Positions 19,039 through 28,974 of a DNA stretch of 64,000 nucleotides are shown here, one piece after another. The notes beneath the pieces were generated by a model. It searched no databases and had not been told where the DNA came from. It saw only the letters and a program-made list of their open reading frames with translations. The DNA comes from an uncultured bacterium (GTDB taxonomy: Bacteria > Babelota > Babeliae > Babelales > Vermiphilaceae): contig OY968764.1 of assembly GCA_963695335.1 (NCBI GenBank), positions 384,001-448,000 on the forward strand. The letters are read 5' to 3'. How positions within the stretch are numbered: the first letter of the stretch is position 1; every line of letters begins with the position of its first letter. Position numbers and translations under genes: made by a program.

Positions 19039-20160
19039 ATGATGAAAAGACAAAAAAGTACACTGCTAGCGGGACTTATGATTGCATCGCTGATGTGCAG
19101 TAATGCAACGGTAAAAGCTGGCAATTCTGATGGTTTTGTGACCGGGATGTGCGCCGTGGGTGCAGCGGTTGCTGGGATTGTAGGGGCTGTGGCATTGGCT
19201 GATTGGTGTTTTTCTGAGACTGATGAGCAGATGATTGAGCGTATCGATGCTCAATGCCGTGAAATTATTGCAAGGTATCAAGAAGATATACAGTATATGA
19301 ATCGCTTGATGAGAACATATGATATTTCTGAATCAGCTTTGCATGAATTTGCTACGTATGTGTGGAATAAGAATGTAACGCAACGTGATTATCGTTCAGC
19401 TATTTGGAAGGCAAAAGATAGTTTGCATACATCTGTTCAAACGTTGCGTAAACGAGTGAATAAGCTTGCGAGTAAGCATTTGAATTACGATGATCAACAA
19501 ATTTTACGCAGAATGCGTCAATTATTAAATAATGCAGAAGAGCTGTTAACGCGTATGAGCCGTTTTACAGATATTTTAGAATCTCACAAAACGTATTTTG
19601 ATCTGTATGATGTTATTGATGTTGTACGTTCAAAATATTTCCAAGAGATTAGCATCCTTGAATCACGATCATTTACAACAGAGACTGAAATTAAACGTTC
19701 TATTTTAAATCGTGATCATGGTCAGTATGCATTCCGTACATTTGTGATTAAGATTAAGTCTGATATTAGTGATTTAGAATCAAAAGTACGTTCACTTAAA
19801 CATGGGTATGATGCTAAAAGGCAATATGCACAGATGTTAGTGAATTATCTTATGACGGTAAAAAGCATCGTGGTAAACGATCCTCGTTATCAACAAGAAT
19901 TGTATGAATGGGAACAAGCAGAATTGCAACGTCAGCGCATAGAGATTGAAAAAGCACGTGCAAGGGCGGAACAAGACCGTGCATGGGCCGAGCGTAATCG
20001 TGCGTGGGCTGAACAAAAAAAAGCTGATGCAATGCGTGAGCAAAATAGAATTGCTGCAGAACGTAACAGAATAGAAAGAGATAGATTATGGCAAGAGCGT
20101 CAGCAACATCAGTGTAATGATAACATTGATGTGAATGTGAATATTGAATTTGTTATATAA
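19039..20160 (+). CDS. Hypothetical exported/membrane coiled-coil protein
   Basis: Signal peptide, Gly/Ala hydrophobic helix, RAWAE heptad repeats near C-terminus. Confidence 0.75.
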   Translation: MMKRQKSTLLAGLMIASLMCSNATVKAGNSDGFVTGMCAVGAAVAGIVGAVALADWCFSETDEQMIERIDAQCREIIARYQEDIQYMNRLMRTYDISESALHEFATYVWNKNVTQRDYRSAIWKAKDSLHTSVQTLRKRVNKLASKHLNYDDQQILRRMRQLLNNAEELLTRMSRFTDILESHKTYFDLYDVIDVVRSKYFQEISILESRSFTTETEIKRSILNRDHGQYAFRTFVIKIKSDISDLESKVRSLKHGYDAKRQYAQMLVNYLMTVKSIVVNDPRYQQELYEWEQAELQRQRIEIEKARARAEQDRAWAERNRAWAEQKKADAMREQNRIAAERNRIERDRLWQERQQHQCNDNIDVNVNIEFVI

Positions 20161-20165
20161 TTATG

Positions 20166-20300
20166 CGCTCAAACCCTTCGATACACCCCTAACGGGGCAC
20201 TCAGGGCGAGCGGAGTAAGAAGTTACAAGTATTTTATTTTTCTCTTCCGCTCATCCTGAGTGTTTTTTGTCTTCAAAAAATGTATCGAAGGATCGGAGCG
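20166..20300. repeat. Inverted pair of family A elements (REPIN-like)
   Basis: cccttcgataca..cactcagggcgagcgga facing tccgctcatcctgagtg..tgtatcgaagga. Confidence 0.85.
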
Positions 20301-20381
20301 AGCGGGGGGATGGATGCAGATGATTAGTGGAGGACCGAATGATCGGTCCTCTTTTTTTTGATAATACTTTGCTTCTTTCAT

Positions 20382-20414
20382 ACCCAAATATTCACTACGT
20401 TTCTATTGGGGCCC
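20382..20414. repeat. Family C hairpin (degenerate)
   Basis: acccaaata..ctattggggccc, similar to 25536. Confidence 0.55.
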
Positions 20415-20506
20415 ATGTAAGAAAGATTAAAATTAATATGCAAATTTACGCTTCTTTGGTACCTTTATCTGCATATTATGTTTAACATCGTTAGAAGGAG
20501 CAAGGT

Positions 20507-21292
20507 ATGAGTATCAATAAAGTAATGGTATATGTTTTTTGTGTAGTGATGAGTGCAACGGTCTCTGCAATGGAATTGGAAAAATCACAAGATGCAAAAA
20601 GAACACGACCAAAAGATATTCTAAATAGACCTGTAGAAAGTTCGTCCCCTTCATATAGTTTTTCTTTTTCATTGCCAACATTCGCAACCGTTGGTAATGG
20701 TGTGAATTCATTAGTCACCACCATTAACAACTATTGGTACGATGAAGAAGCTTTTAAAAAGTTGGGTTGGCCTACGCATGATAAAATAGCGCAACAAGAA
20801 TTGGCAAATACCCTTGTAATTTATAAGAGAATTAATAGCTATTTTCAAACACGTGAACTGTATGATGATTTAACAGAAGACCGTAGAGCAATTGGTAGAA
20901 GATATGGATATTGTCAACGCGTGTTAGAAGCTTTGCCTCAAATTGCTAAAAGATCTGAAGCTCTTGAATTGGCAACATTCTGCTTAAAGCATCATGGTGA
21001 AGCTATGAATAATTTTGTTAAAAGTGAGTTTTTATTATTTGTAGCGGTGGAAACAAACAAATCAACACAAGAAGTACAAAAAGCTGATTCAGAAGTAGCA
21101 CAATTAAAAATAGTTCCTGAGGGTAATGAACTTTTGAATAATTTGTTTTTACAAACAGCTCGAGAAACATTAAAAAAAGAAGAAGAAGAAAAAAAGCGCA
21201 AAGAGAAAGAAGAACAAGAGAGACTAGAAAAAGAAGAGAAAAAGCGAAAAGAAAAAAAAGAAGAAAGTAAAAAAAATAATGGTAACAAATGA
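20507..21292 (+). CDS. Hypothetical secreted protein with K/E-rich tail
   Basis: Signal ..VSA|MELEK; AGGAG RBS. Confidence 0.75.
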   Translation: MSINKVMVYVFCVVMSATVSAMELEKSQDAKRTRPKDILNRPVESSSPSYSFSFSLPTFATVGNGVNSLVTTINNYWYDEEAFKKLGWPTHDKIAQQELANTLVIYKRINSYFQTRELYDDLTEDRRAIGRRYGYCQRVLEALPQIAKRSEALELATFCLKHHGEAMNNFVKSEFLLFVAVETNKSTQEVQKADSEVAQLKIVPEGNELLNNLFLQTARETLKKEEEEKKRKEKEEQERLEKEEKKRKEKKEESKKNNGNK

Positions 21293-22815
21293 AGCATCCA
21301 GTAGCACTTATCATTCTTGATGGTTTTGGGTACTCACCAAATACAAAATTTAATGCTATTGCTCAGGCGGACATGCCACATTTTAATCAGTGGTGGCAGC
21401 ACTATCCACATGCGCTTTTAAAAGCAGCAGGAACAGCAGTCGGTTTGCCTGATAATTGGATTGGTAATTCTGAAGTTGGGCATTTGACAATTGGTGCGGG
21501 ACGTATTATCAAGCAGCCAATGACTGTGTGGATGGAACGTATTATTAATGGTTCTTTTGCACACAACAAAACGTTGCTTACAGGTTTTGAAAAATTAAAA
21601 AAAGTTGGCGGCACGTTGCATATTATCGGATTACTTTCTGATGCTGGTGTGCATGCACATGAAGCGCAAATCTATGCATCAATTGCAGCAGCGGTTGATG
21701 CAGGTGTAAAACAAATTGTTGTGCATCCTATTTTGGACGGACGTGATGTTGCACCGCGATCAGCCTATACATATTTAGAACAGTTAACGCGGTTTGTTAA
21801 ACATTGTAATTACAATGGTAACAAGCCGCGTGTTATTATTGGTTCAATTCAGGGCCGTTTTTATGCAATGGACCGTGATAATAATTGGGATCGTGTAGAA
21901 AAAAGTTATCGCATACTCACAGAGCTTCAAAAAGATCCTTATGAGCCATGGGAAAAACTGCTTGAACACAATTACATGCACAATATTACTGATGAATTTA
22001 TTCCACCAACGCAACTTGATGCTGCAGGAGAAATACATAATGGTGATGGTATTTTATTTTGTAATGTTCGTCCTGATCGCGCGCGTGAATTGACAATGGC
22101 ATTTGTGCAAAAAGATTTCACTGCATTTGTGCGTAAACCACTCAATCTTACTTTTTTTATGACGCCTGTTGCATATGATACACATCTTTCAACAATGATA
22201 TTATTCCCAAGAGAACCTGTGCACAATACATTAAAAGATATTCTTGCACAGCATAATAAAACAATTTTTTCTATTGCTGAGACAGAAAAATATGCTCATG
22301 TTACGTATTTTTTTAGAGGGGAAAATGAGGAACCTGTTGCAACAGAAACGCGAGAGATGATTCCATCTATTGTTGCGAAAAATTATATTGATTATCCAAA
22401 AATGTCAGCGGAATTAATCACCGATTCGGTGATTAATTCCCTTAAAAATGATGCAAAGGATTTTTATTTAATTAATTATGCCAATGCAGATATGGTTGGC
22501 CATTCTGGTGATTTTGATGCAACGGTCAAAGCCATTGAGTGTTTAGATACACAGTTGCAAAGGCTGTATGAAGTTGTTGTGCAAAAAATGGGTGGAACAT
22601 TGTATATCACCGCAGATCATGGCAAAGCAGAACAGATGTGGGATGACAATTTACAGCAACCTTGCACTGCGCATACCAATAATCCTGTTCCATTTCTTAT
22701 GATAAATAACGCATCAAATAACTCTGACCAATTACCGCTTAATGAGCTCTCTGATATTGCACCATTTATTTTGCAAAATATGGGTTTGCAGGTGCCAGTT
22801 GAGATGAAAAAATAA
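21289..22815 (+). CDS. gpmI: 2,3-bisphosphoglycerate-independent phosphoglycerate mutase
   Basis: LIILDGFG, GNSEVGH, AETEKYAHVT, DMVGHSG, TADHG. Confidence 0.97.
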   Translation: MKHPVALIILDGFGYSPNTKFNAIAQADMPHFNQWWQHYPHALLKAAGTAVGLPDNWIGNSEVGHLTIGAGRIIKQPMTVWMERIINGSFAHNKTLLTGFEKLKKVGGTLHIIGLLSDAGVHAHEAQIYASIAAAVDAGVKQIVVHPILDGRDVAPRSAYTYLEQLTRFVKHCNYNGNKPRVIIGSIQGRFYAMDRDNNWDRVEKSYRILTELQKDPYEPWEKLLEHNYMHNITDEFIPPTQLDAAGEIHNGDGILFCNVRPDRARELTMAFVQKDFTAFVRKPLNLTFFMTPVAYDTHLSTMILFPREPVHNTLKDILAQHNKTIFSIAETEKYAHVTYFFRGENEEPVATETREMIPSIVAKNYIDYPKMSAELITDSVINSLKNDAKDFYLINYANADMVGHSGDFDATVKAIECLDTQLQRLYEVVVQKMGGTLYITADHGKAEQMWDDNLQQPCTAHTNNPVPFLMINNASNNSDQLPLNELSDIAPFILQNMGLQVPVEMKK

Positions 22816-22845
22816 GATTAAGCTTTAAGAAAGATTCCAAAATGG

Positions 22846-22876
22846 CCTGCCCGCCGTAGCTTTATGCGAAGGAGGG
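22846..22876. repeat. Family B element supplying the GNAT gene stop codon
   Basis: cctgcccgccgtagctttatgcgaaggaggg. Confidence 0.8.
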
Positions 22877-23428
22877 CCAGTATTCAAAGAACACATAACC
22901 ATTGTCATCAAACTTCTCTTTAAACCCAAGTTCTTTATAAACTTTCTGTGCAGGAAAATTACTGACGCGTGTCCATAATGCAATGTGCGTTGCACCCAGA
23001 TTAAACATCTGTTTCATTGCGTATTCTGCTAACAATTTACCATATCCTTTACCACGGAACTCATGCGTAACTGCCAAGAAAAGTATTCTACCTTCTTGTG
23101 CGTTTTCCATAAAATATGCAGTGAAACCGGCCAACTTGTTGTCTTGATAAAGAACTTTAATATGCAGTGATCCAAAATGCATAGGATTAGCATCAGGTGT
23201 GCGGTGTTTGATCATAAATGCAGGGGACGATTCTTCACTTGCAAGTAACCAGTACCAATTTTGATGGAAGATATCCATAATTGCTTGTGTGTCACGTGTG
23301 ACATTAAAATCGTAGATTGGGCCTTGAGTAGTTTGTTGGTGTTGTTGGTGAATATAAAGGCTAATTCCGCTACATGTTGCAGCGATGATGCTTATTGATA
23401 AAATTATTTTTTTTGTACGGGTTGTCAT
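22862..23428 (-). CDS. GNAT N-acetyltransferase with N-terminal hydrophobic segment
   Basis: LAVTHEFRGKGYGK motif A; NFPAQKVYKELGF. Confidence 0.9.
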   Translation of the reverse strand: MTTRTKKIILSISIIAATCSGISLYIHQQHQQTTQGPIYDFNVTRDTQAIMDIFHQNWYWLLASEESSPAFMIKHRTPDANPMHFGSLHIKVLYQDNKLAGFTAYFMENAQEGRILFLAVTHEFRGKGYGKLLAEYAMKQMFNLGATHIALWTRVSNFPAQKVYKELGFKEKFDDNGYVFFEYWPSFA

Positions 23429-23455
23429 ATTTTTTTATTTGTTTTGTGTTCGTTT

Positions 23456-23535
23456 CCTTCGACAGGCTCAGGACGAACGGGGAAAATAATTCTTTTTTAT
23501 TCCGTTCGTGTTGAGCTTGTCGAAACATACGAACG
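23456..23535. repeat. Inverted pair of family A elements overlapping the truA 3' end
   Basis: ccttcgacaggctcaggacgaacgg ... ccgttcgtgttgagcttgtcgaa. Confidence 0.85.
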
Positions 23536-24276
23536 TGAATACCTAATTTTATATAACATTAACCCTTGCGCAGGTGCATTGGGTAATGTATGCCGCGGAT
23601 TACGCGCATTCATAATATCTTGTAATGATTGTAAAGTATGCCCGTTTTTGCAAGCAACCGCTAGAGCTGCCCCAACAATTCTTCTAATCATATGACGTAA
23701 AAATTTTTGCCCTTTAACTGTGATGCGGTACGCTTTATAACGTGGCAGATAATTTAATGTGATGCTATCAATGATGCGAATTGTGTTTTCTCGTTTATCT
23801 TCACTGCTTTTGAATGCACAAAAATCATGCGTACCCACAAAAACTTGTAATGCGTTTTTTAAGATATCAAAATCTATTTTATAGGGATAAAAATAACCGT
23901 ATCGTTGTGTAAACGGTAGCGGGCGTTCAGTAAAAAAGTGATAGTGATATGTTTTTTGTTCAACATTACAAAATGGGTTAAAAGAATCATCAATCAGTTC
24001 CAAAGAACGGATTGTAATATCAGCAGGAAGTGCATTATTCCACGCCCACATCATGCGTTCTGGTGTCAGATTTAAATCTGTCTTGATGCGTGCAACTTGC
24101 CCCAGCGCATGCACTCCTGCATCGGTACGTGATGTGCCAAGTACTTTGATCTCTGTTTTAAAGACGCGTTTAAAAGTTTTATTGAGAGTTGCAGCAATGG
24201 AAGGTTTTTCTGGCAGCGCTTGCCAGCCGAAATAATCTGTACCATCATATGCAATAATTAATTTATAGGTTCTCAT
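23497..24276 (-). CDS. truA: tRNA pseudouridine(38-40) synthase
   Basis: AYDGTDYFGWQ, SRTDAGVHA, GTHDF, FLRHMIR, APAQGL; start set at MRTYKL. Confidence 0.95.
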   Translation of the reverse strand: MRTYKLIIAYDGTDYFGWQALPEKPSIAATLNKTFKRVFKTEIKVLGTSRTDAGVHALGQVARIKTDLNLTPERMMWAWNNALPADITIRSLELIDDSFNPFCNVEQKTYHYHFFTERPLPFTQRYGYFYPYKIDFDILKNALQVFVGTHDFCAFKSSEDKRENTIRIIDSITLNYLPRYKAYRITVKGQKFLRHMIRRIVGAALAVACKNGHTLQSLQDIMNARNPRHTLPNAPAQGLMLYKIRYSRSYVSTSSTRTE

Positions 24277-24371
24277 ATTTTCAGAATAACATAAAAAAAT
24301 AGGTATGCACAAAAAAAAGCCCTGAATTTCAGGGCTTTTTTATAGTAATTTTGAAAAGATTTATATTTTTC

Positions 24372-24914
24372 TTATTGTTTAGCAAAAAGTCTTTGCATTA
24401 AAGTTTTTTTGTCTACTTTTTGTGTAAGGTCATTTATTTGTTGCTGCATTTTGTCGAGAGTTATCAATGTTTGCATGTTTGTAGGAAAAGTTTTATCAAA
24501 TATTTTTGAATTGATATGCAGATCTAATGTCTGTAAAATCATGTCTAAAATGACTATAGAGACTACACCGAGCAAAACTGCTTTAACGATATCTTCTCTG
24601 AATTTAAGTGAATCTAGCTCTTGTTTCATCATATAAAGGAGCTGATCAATATTATCTTGTTTGATGATATTGGCTAACTCAATAATAGTATAATTGTTTG
24701 TCGTATATGTGTGATAGATTTTCTTTTCAAGCCAGCGTCCAAGACTCAGTGGCCAGTTATTATATTCTACCGTGTCATTATAGTGATTTTTTGCAAATGC
24801 TGAAATCAGTAGCACTTCATCTTTAAGCCCTACAACATCGTATGCAGACGCATTAAAAGAACCAAGGCTTAAGCCGATTGTAGCGATTTGAAACAGTTTT
24901 CTAGCGATAGTCAT
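24372..24914 (-). CDS. Hypothetical exported protein with TM helix
   Basis: MTIARKL leader, internal hydrophobic helix. Confidence 0.7.
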   Translation of the reverse strand: MTIARKLFQIATIGLSLGSFNASAYDVVGLKDEVLLISAFAKNHYNDTVEYNNWPLSLGRWLEKKIYHTYTTNNYTIIELANIIKQDNIDQLLYMMKQELDSLKFREDIVKAVLLGVVSIVILDMILQTLDLHINSKIFDKTFPTNMQTLITLDKMQQQINDLTQKVDKKTLMQRLFAKQ

Positions 24915-25086
24915 TGTGAACCCCTAAACAGATTTGATATATTCTATTATCTTTACTTCGTTTATAAATATATCAAATATATTTCAAAATGTAAATGGGG
25001 GGGGTAAGGCAAAGTAGCGATTGGATCATGAGATTAAAAAAAAGGCCTCGGAATTTCCAAGGCCTTTTGTAATTTATAAAGAGATT

Positions 25087-25518
25087 TTATTGTTGTGCAG
25101 TTGGCGTCGACCATGGGTGCATAAAATAGAAATAAGATGCGATACTCGCGACGATTACAAACGCTGCTGCAGCTTTCATCCTAGTACTTATGCTTGAAAA
25201 GTAACCCGTATTGTTTTCTTTTGGAGTAATTTCTTGTATGTATATTTGTTTGATAGCTTTTGTTTTTTCTGGGAGACTTAGTTTAGGCGATTCAGTTATA
25301 GAGCTCAATAGATCAGTTACATCTGTGCTATGTTTATCGGGTTTGCTAAATATTTTTCTGATCCATGTAGCAATGTTTTTTGGTTCAGATTCTTCTGTTT
25401 CTATTCTATCTAAAGAATTAGCAAACTCTAAGAGTTGTTGAGGTTCAGATGCGCAGAGTTGTGTATCACTTCCGAATATTAGCGCTGTCATTAAAAGTAA
25501 CTTTTTTACGATAGTCAT
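25087..25518 (-). CDS. Hypothetical exported protein with C-terminal TM helix
   Basis: MTIVKKL leader related to the neighbour. Confidence 0.7.
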   Translation of the reverse strand: MTIVKKLLLMTALIFGSDTQLCASEPQQLLEFANSLDRIETEESEPKNIATWIRKIFSKPDKHSTDVTDLLSSITESPKLSLPEKTKAIKQIYIQEITPKENNTGYFSSISTRMKAAAAFVIVASIASYFYFMHPWSTPTAQQ

Positions 25519-25535
25519 AATATCCCCTTATTTCT

Positions 25536-25569
25536 ACCCCAATATCACTTCGTTTTTATTGGGGGCCCC
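25536..25569. repeat. Family C hairpin
   Basis: accccaatatcacttcgtttttattgggggcccc. Confidence 0.6.
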
Positions 25570-25692
25570 TATTAAAAAGAATTAAAGATTACTATTTATT
25601 GTAAGTTTATCTGTTTGGGGTTTAATAAAGCAATAAAAAAGGGTAGTCTTTTTGGACTACCCTTATAAACATCATAAACAAAAGAGCGAAGT

Positions 25693-25977
25693 TTAAAACG
25701 CAGGACCTGAATACGGCAATAATGCCATAACACGTGATTTCTTGATTTCTCCAGAAACATCACGTTGGTGACGTGCGCAGATTCCTGAAATACGTGAAGG
25801 TAAAATTTTACCACGTTCAGTCAAAAACCCTTTAAGGAATGTTGAGTTTTTGTAATCAAGATCATGCACTTGTTTTTTATCAACACAGAAACGGCATGAT
25901 TTTGGACGGTTGCTACCACGGCGTGAACGTTTTTTCACCAAGCGTGCGCTGATTTTTAATTTAATTTTTTTAGTCAT
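25693..25977 (-). CDS. rpsR: 30S ribosomal protein S18
   Basis: [25 protein letters not shown]. Confidence 0.97.
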   Translation of the reverse strand: MTKKIKLKISARLVKKRSRRGSNRPKSCRFCVDKKQVHDLDYKNSTFLKGFLTERGKILPSRISGICARHQRDVSGEIKKSRVMALLPYSGPAF

Positions 25978-26008
25978 ATTAATTCCTTAAAATTTCAAAT
26001 GGGGAGAT

Positions 26009-26446
26009 TTACTCTTCATCAACATCATCTCTGTCTTCAGCAGAGAAGTAATTAGACACTTTTTCTTTTGCAAAAGTTTCAGCTTCACGAGCTGGCGCTT
26101 CTTCAAGAGAGCGTGGTCTTTGATACGTAAGAGGTTGTTTTGGATCAAGAACCGATATCATGTCTCGCATAACAATAGTGTTAAATCTTACTTTGAACAA
26201 TGTTTTTAAGTCATTGATAAGAGTTGATTTTTCTGGAGCTTCAAAACGAGTAAGGAAGAAAACACCGTACTCATTTTTGTTAACGTCGTGGGATAATTTG
26301 TATTTTCCCCAACGCTCAAAAGAAATGATAGACCCTGAACCCGCTTTGACTGCTTTGTCTAACGTGGTTTCAATATTTTTTGCTTCGTCGCCGGTAATTT
26401 CCGGAACGGTGAGCATTAACGCTTCGTATTTGCGTAACGTTGCCAT
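26009..26446 (-). CDS. rpsF: 30S ribosomal protein S6
   Basis: RKYEALML, WGKYKLSHDVNK, acidic tail; upstream of rpsR. Confidence 0.9.
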   Translation of the reverse strand: MATLRKYEALMLTVPEITGDEAKNIETTLDKAVKAGSGSIISFERWGKYKLSHDVNKNEYGVFFLTRFEAPEKSTLINDLKTLFKVRFNTIVMRDMISVLDPKQPLTYQRPRSLEEAPAREAETFAKEKVSNYFSAEDRDDVDEE

Positions 26447-26526
26447 GAATGAACCTTTATGATTTGGAAGTTATTATTATAACTATAAAGCTGCTTATGT
26501 GCGCTTTACTGAGGTTTGATACTCTT

Positions 26527-26598
26527 GCGCTCGTCCTGAGCCTGTCGAAGGATATCTTTGAGCGCGCTTTAATCCTTCAACAAGTTCAGGATGAGCGC
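26527..26598. repeat. Inverted pair of family A elements
   Basis: gcgctcgtcctgagcctgtcgaagga ... tccttcaacaagttcaggatgagcgc. Confidence 0.85.
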
Positions 26599-26699
26599 TA
26601 TGGGATATTTACAAAGACAAGAATCAATAGAGGGTATTCGTATAAACCCCTTCATATAAAACAGAATAGCAGAAACCCTGGGAAATACCAGTCTTTCTC

Positions 26700-26734
26700 A
26701 GCCCCAATCTACAAAAATTACGATTGGGGACCCC
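26700..26734. repeat. Family C hairpin
   Basis: agccccaatc..gattggggacccc. Confidence 0.65.
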
Positions 26735-26807
26735 ATTATAAGAAAAAAGAGCAGAAGCTCTCCATTTTGGGGAGAAATTCTGCTCCTGATTATAATTTTG
26801 CGGGTTA

Positions 26808-27485
26808 TTATGCAAATTTTTGGCTGCGTTGAATAACACGACCAATTATTCTGAAATGATCTTTACCACGAACCAACGCTATAGGAGGTTGTTTGTGGTT
26901 AACAGATTCAAGAACAATAAAGTCTTCAGTATACGTAACTTGCATAATTGCTTTGATTGGAGTATCGTTGCCAAATTCAACAGCAGCGATATCACCTGAA
27001 CGTGTCCATACTTCTGGGGAAACGATTAAATAATCACCTTTAACAAATGTTGGTGCCATTGCGTTGTTTTCAACACAAAGAGCAAACATTGCATTGTCAG
27101 CTGAATTGAATACTGGAACAAAAACATCTTTGTAACCAGTAGTAACTTGCATTAATTGATTGTTGTAAGGGGATGGATTTGATGGAATTTCTCCAACAAC
27201 AGGAACAACTTTAACTTGTAATTCAAGGTCAGATTGTTCAGGCATGCTGACATTTTTATCAATGTCATCAGTGCGTTGACGGTGTTCTGCAAATAGATCG
27301 ATTGGGCTAATTTCAAAAGCTTGAGATAATTTTCTTAAAGAATCTTCATTCCAACGGCGAGTACCGTTTTTGATATGGGTTAGATAACTTTCAGACATAC
27401 CAGTTTTTTCTGCTAAAATCTTAGTTGTCCAACCTTTTTCTCTGAGAAGTTCTTTGACTCGTAATTGAGTTGAAACTGAAACCAT
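26808..27485 (-). CDS. XRE-HTH plus S24-like (LexA/CI-type) regulator
   Basis: LAEKTGMSESYLTHIKNG HTH; FALCVENNAMAP..GDYLIV, LESVN, IIGRVI. Confidence 0.85.
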   Translation of the reverse strand: MVSVSTQLRVKELLREKGWTTKILAEKTGMSESYLTHIKNGTRRWNEDSLRKLSQAFEISPIDLFAEHRQRTDDIDKNVSMPEQSDLELQVKVVPVVGEIPSNPSPYNNQLMQVTTGYKDVFVPVFNSADNAMFALCVENNAMAPTFVKGDYLIVSPEVWTRSGDIAAVEFGNDTPIKAIMQVTYTEDFIVLESVNHKQPPIALVRGKDHFRIIGRVIQRSQKFA

Positions 27486-27573
27486 TGCTTTATATCTCCT
27501 TAGAATGTGGCTATACTTACAGTAAATATTTGAAACTCTGTATTATTTCTAATTGTACGCATCTTGACGTCCT

Positions 27574-28311
27574 TTGTCAAATGGAAATGAAAAATCTATG
27601 GTCAAAATTAGACAAACAGGCAAGATAAAAAAAAACTCGTATGAAGCGGCTGCATGGAGCCAAAACGCAGTTGTTGTGGGCATTGATGAGGTTGGTAGAG
27701 GTTGTATCGCAGGCCCTGTGGTTGCTGCAGCGGCAATCTTACCCCTTAGCAAGGCGCATCGTAAGCTTAAAGACTCAAAAATCATGACTCAGCAAGAACG
27801 GGAAGATGCTTTTCGGTGGATTGCAAAACATTGTGCGTATGGCGTGGGGGTTGTGCATCATCGTATTATTGATCAGCGCAATATTTATCATGCAACGCTT
27901 ATTGCCATGAAAAAAGCACTGGTTAATCTTCTTGCAGTGTCATCTCAGCGGCCAACAGCTATTTTGACTGATGCTATGCCACTCGATTTAGCCGATACCC
28001 ATTTTGATGATATTCCTGTCTATTATTTCCCTAAAGGTGAATCCAAATCAAGTTCTATTGCTGCTGCATCTATTGTTGCAAAGGTTACCAGAGACGCCAT
28101 GATGGGCATATATGATAAGGTAATCCCTGGTTATCAATGGGTTGATAATAAAGGATATAGAACGCCTGTACATAAGCGTGCGGTCAAAGAGGGACAGCAT
28201 TCCATTATTCATAGGTTGCGGTATTTGGAGAATATAGAGAATAGGGAAGAAGTAGTAGAAGCGCAGTTATTAATAGGTGGTAGTGATGAACAAGGGCAGC
28301 TGTTTTGCTGA
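27574..28311 (+). CDS. rnhB: Ribonuclease HII
   Basis: GIDEVGRG..AGPV, DSK, SIAAASIVAKVTRD, NKGY; exact start uncertain. Confidence 0.95.
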   Translation: MSNGNEKSMVKIRQTGKIKKNSYEAAAWSQNAVVVGIDEVGRGCIAGPVVAAAAILPLSKAHRKLKDSKIMTQQEREDAFRWIAKHCAYGVGVVHHRIIDQRNIYHATLIAMKKALVNLLAVSSQRPTAILTDAMPLDLADTHFDDIPVYYFPKGESKSSSIAAASIVAKVTRDAMMGIYDKVIPGYQWVDNKGYRTPVHKRAVKEGQHSIIHRLRYLENIENREEVVEAQLLIGGSDEQGQLFC

Positions 28312-28900
28312 AGTAATTGAAAGCTCTTTAACCGGTTGGTTAGCGCAAAGCTGGGCATGGGATACGTTCCCAGAATTTGGCTCATTTGTAGCAATTGAAG
28401 GTAAAAAACGTACTGTGTTTGGAATTGTGCACCAAGTGCAAACTGGTTCCATGGATTCAGTGCGATATCCATTTCCCTATCAAAAAACAGAAGAAGAGCT
28501 GCTCAAAGAGCAACCGCAAATATTTGAATTTCTTAAAACAACCTTTTCATGTATCACCGTTGGGTATCAAGAAAAAAAATCAATATCATATCTTATCGCA
28601 CCAGAACCACCTAAAATTCATGCCTTTGTTGCACATCCCAGTACCGAATTAAGTAAAAACTTCTTTGCAAGCACTCGCTACATGCATCTTCTTTTTACGC
28701 ATTCTGCACAAATTTTTAATATGGATGAGTTGATGCTTGCATTATTAAAGCAACATATTGAGCTTAAGATCTTGACTCAAGATAAAATCAATTCGTTTAT
28801 GCAAACCTATTCGCTACTCACCGGCAATGATTATCGGCGTATTAAACTATTCTTACAACGAGCTGAGCATATGCTTGGCAATAATCAATTAGAATTCTAG
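28286..28900 (+). CDS. HAS-barrel-domain protein
   Basis: AEVIESS..LAQ, PEFGSFV, EQPQIFEFL, PEPPKIH pattern recalled from HerA-associated HAS-barrel proteins. Confidence 0.65.
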   Translation: MNKGSCFAEVIESSLTGWLAQSWAWDTFPEFGSFVAIEGKKRTVFGIVHQVQTGSMDSVRYPFPYQKTEEELLKEQPQIFEFLKTTFSCITVGYQEKKSISYLIAPEPPKIHAFVAHPSTELSKNFFASTRYMHLLFTHSAQIFNMDELMLALLKQHIELKILTQDKINSFMQTYSLLTGNDYRRIKLFLQRAEHMLGNNQLEF

Positions 28901-28974
28901 CGCACTTGATGTGCGTGCAGTTGCGTAGTAAAATAGAAAAATTATCTTATAGTTTTTAATTTCGTAGGATCGTA

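Noticed and set aside
21170..21280. Purine-rich low-complexity tract
   Set aside because: Explained by the K/E-rich tail of the 20507 protein
23444..23695. 83-aa ORF starting MCSFPSTGSGRT
   Set aside because: Repeat translation plus truA antisense
26449..26832. 127-aa plus-strand ORF
   Set aside because: Runs through family A and C repeats in the rpsF upstream region (LVLSLSKD, LQQVQDER are repeat translations)
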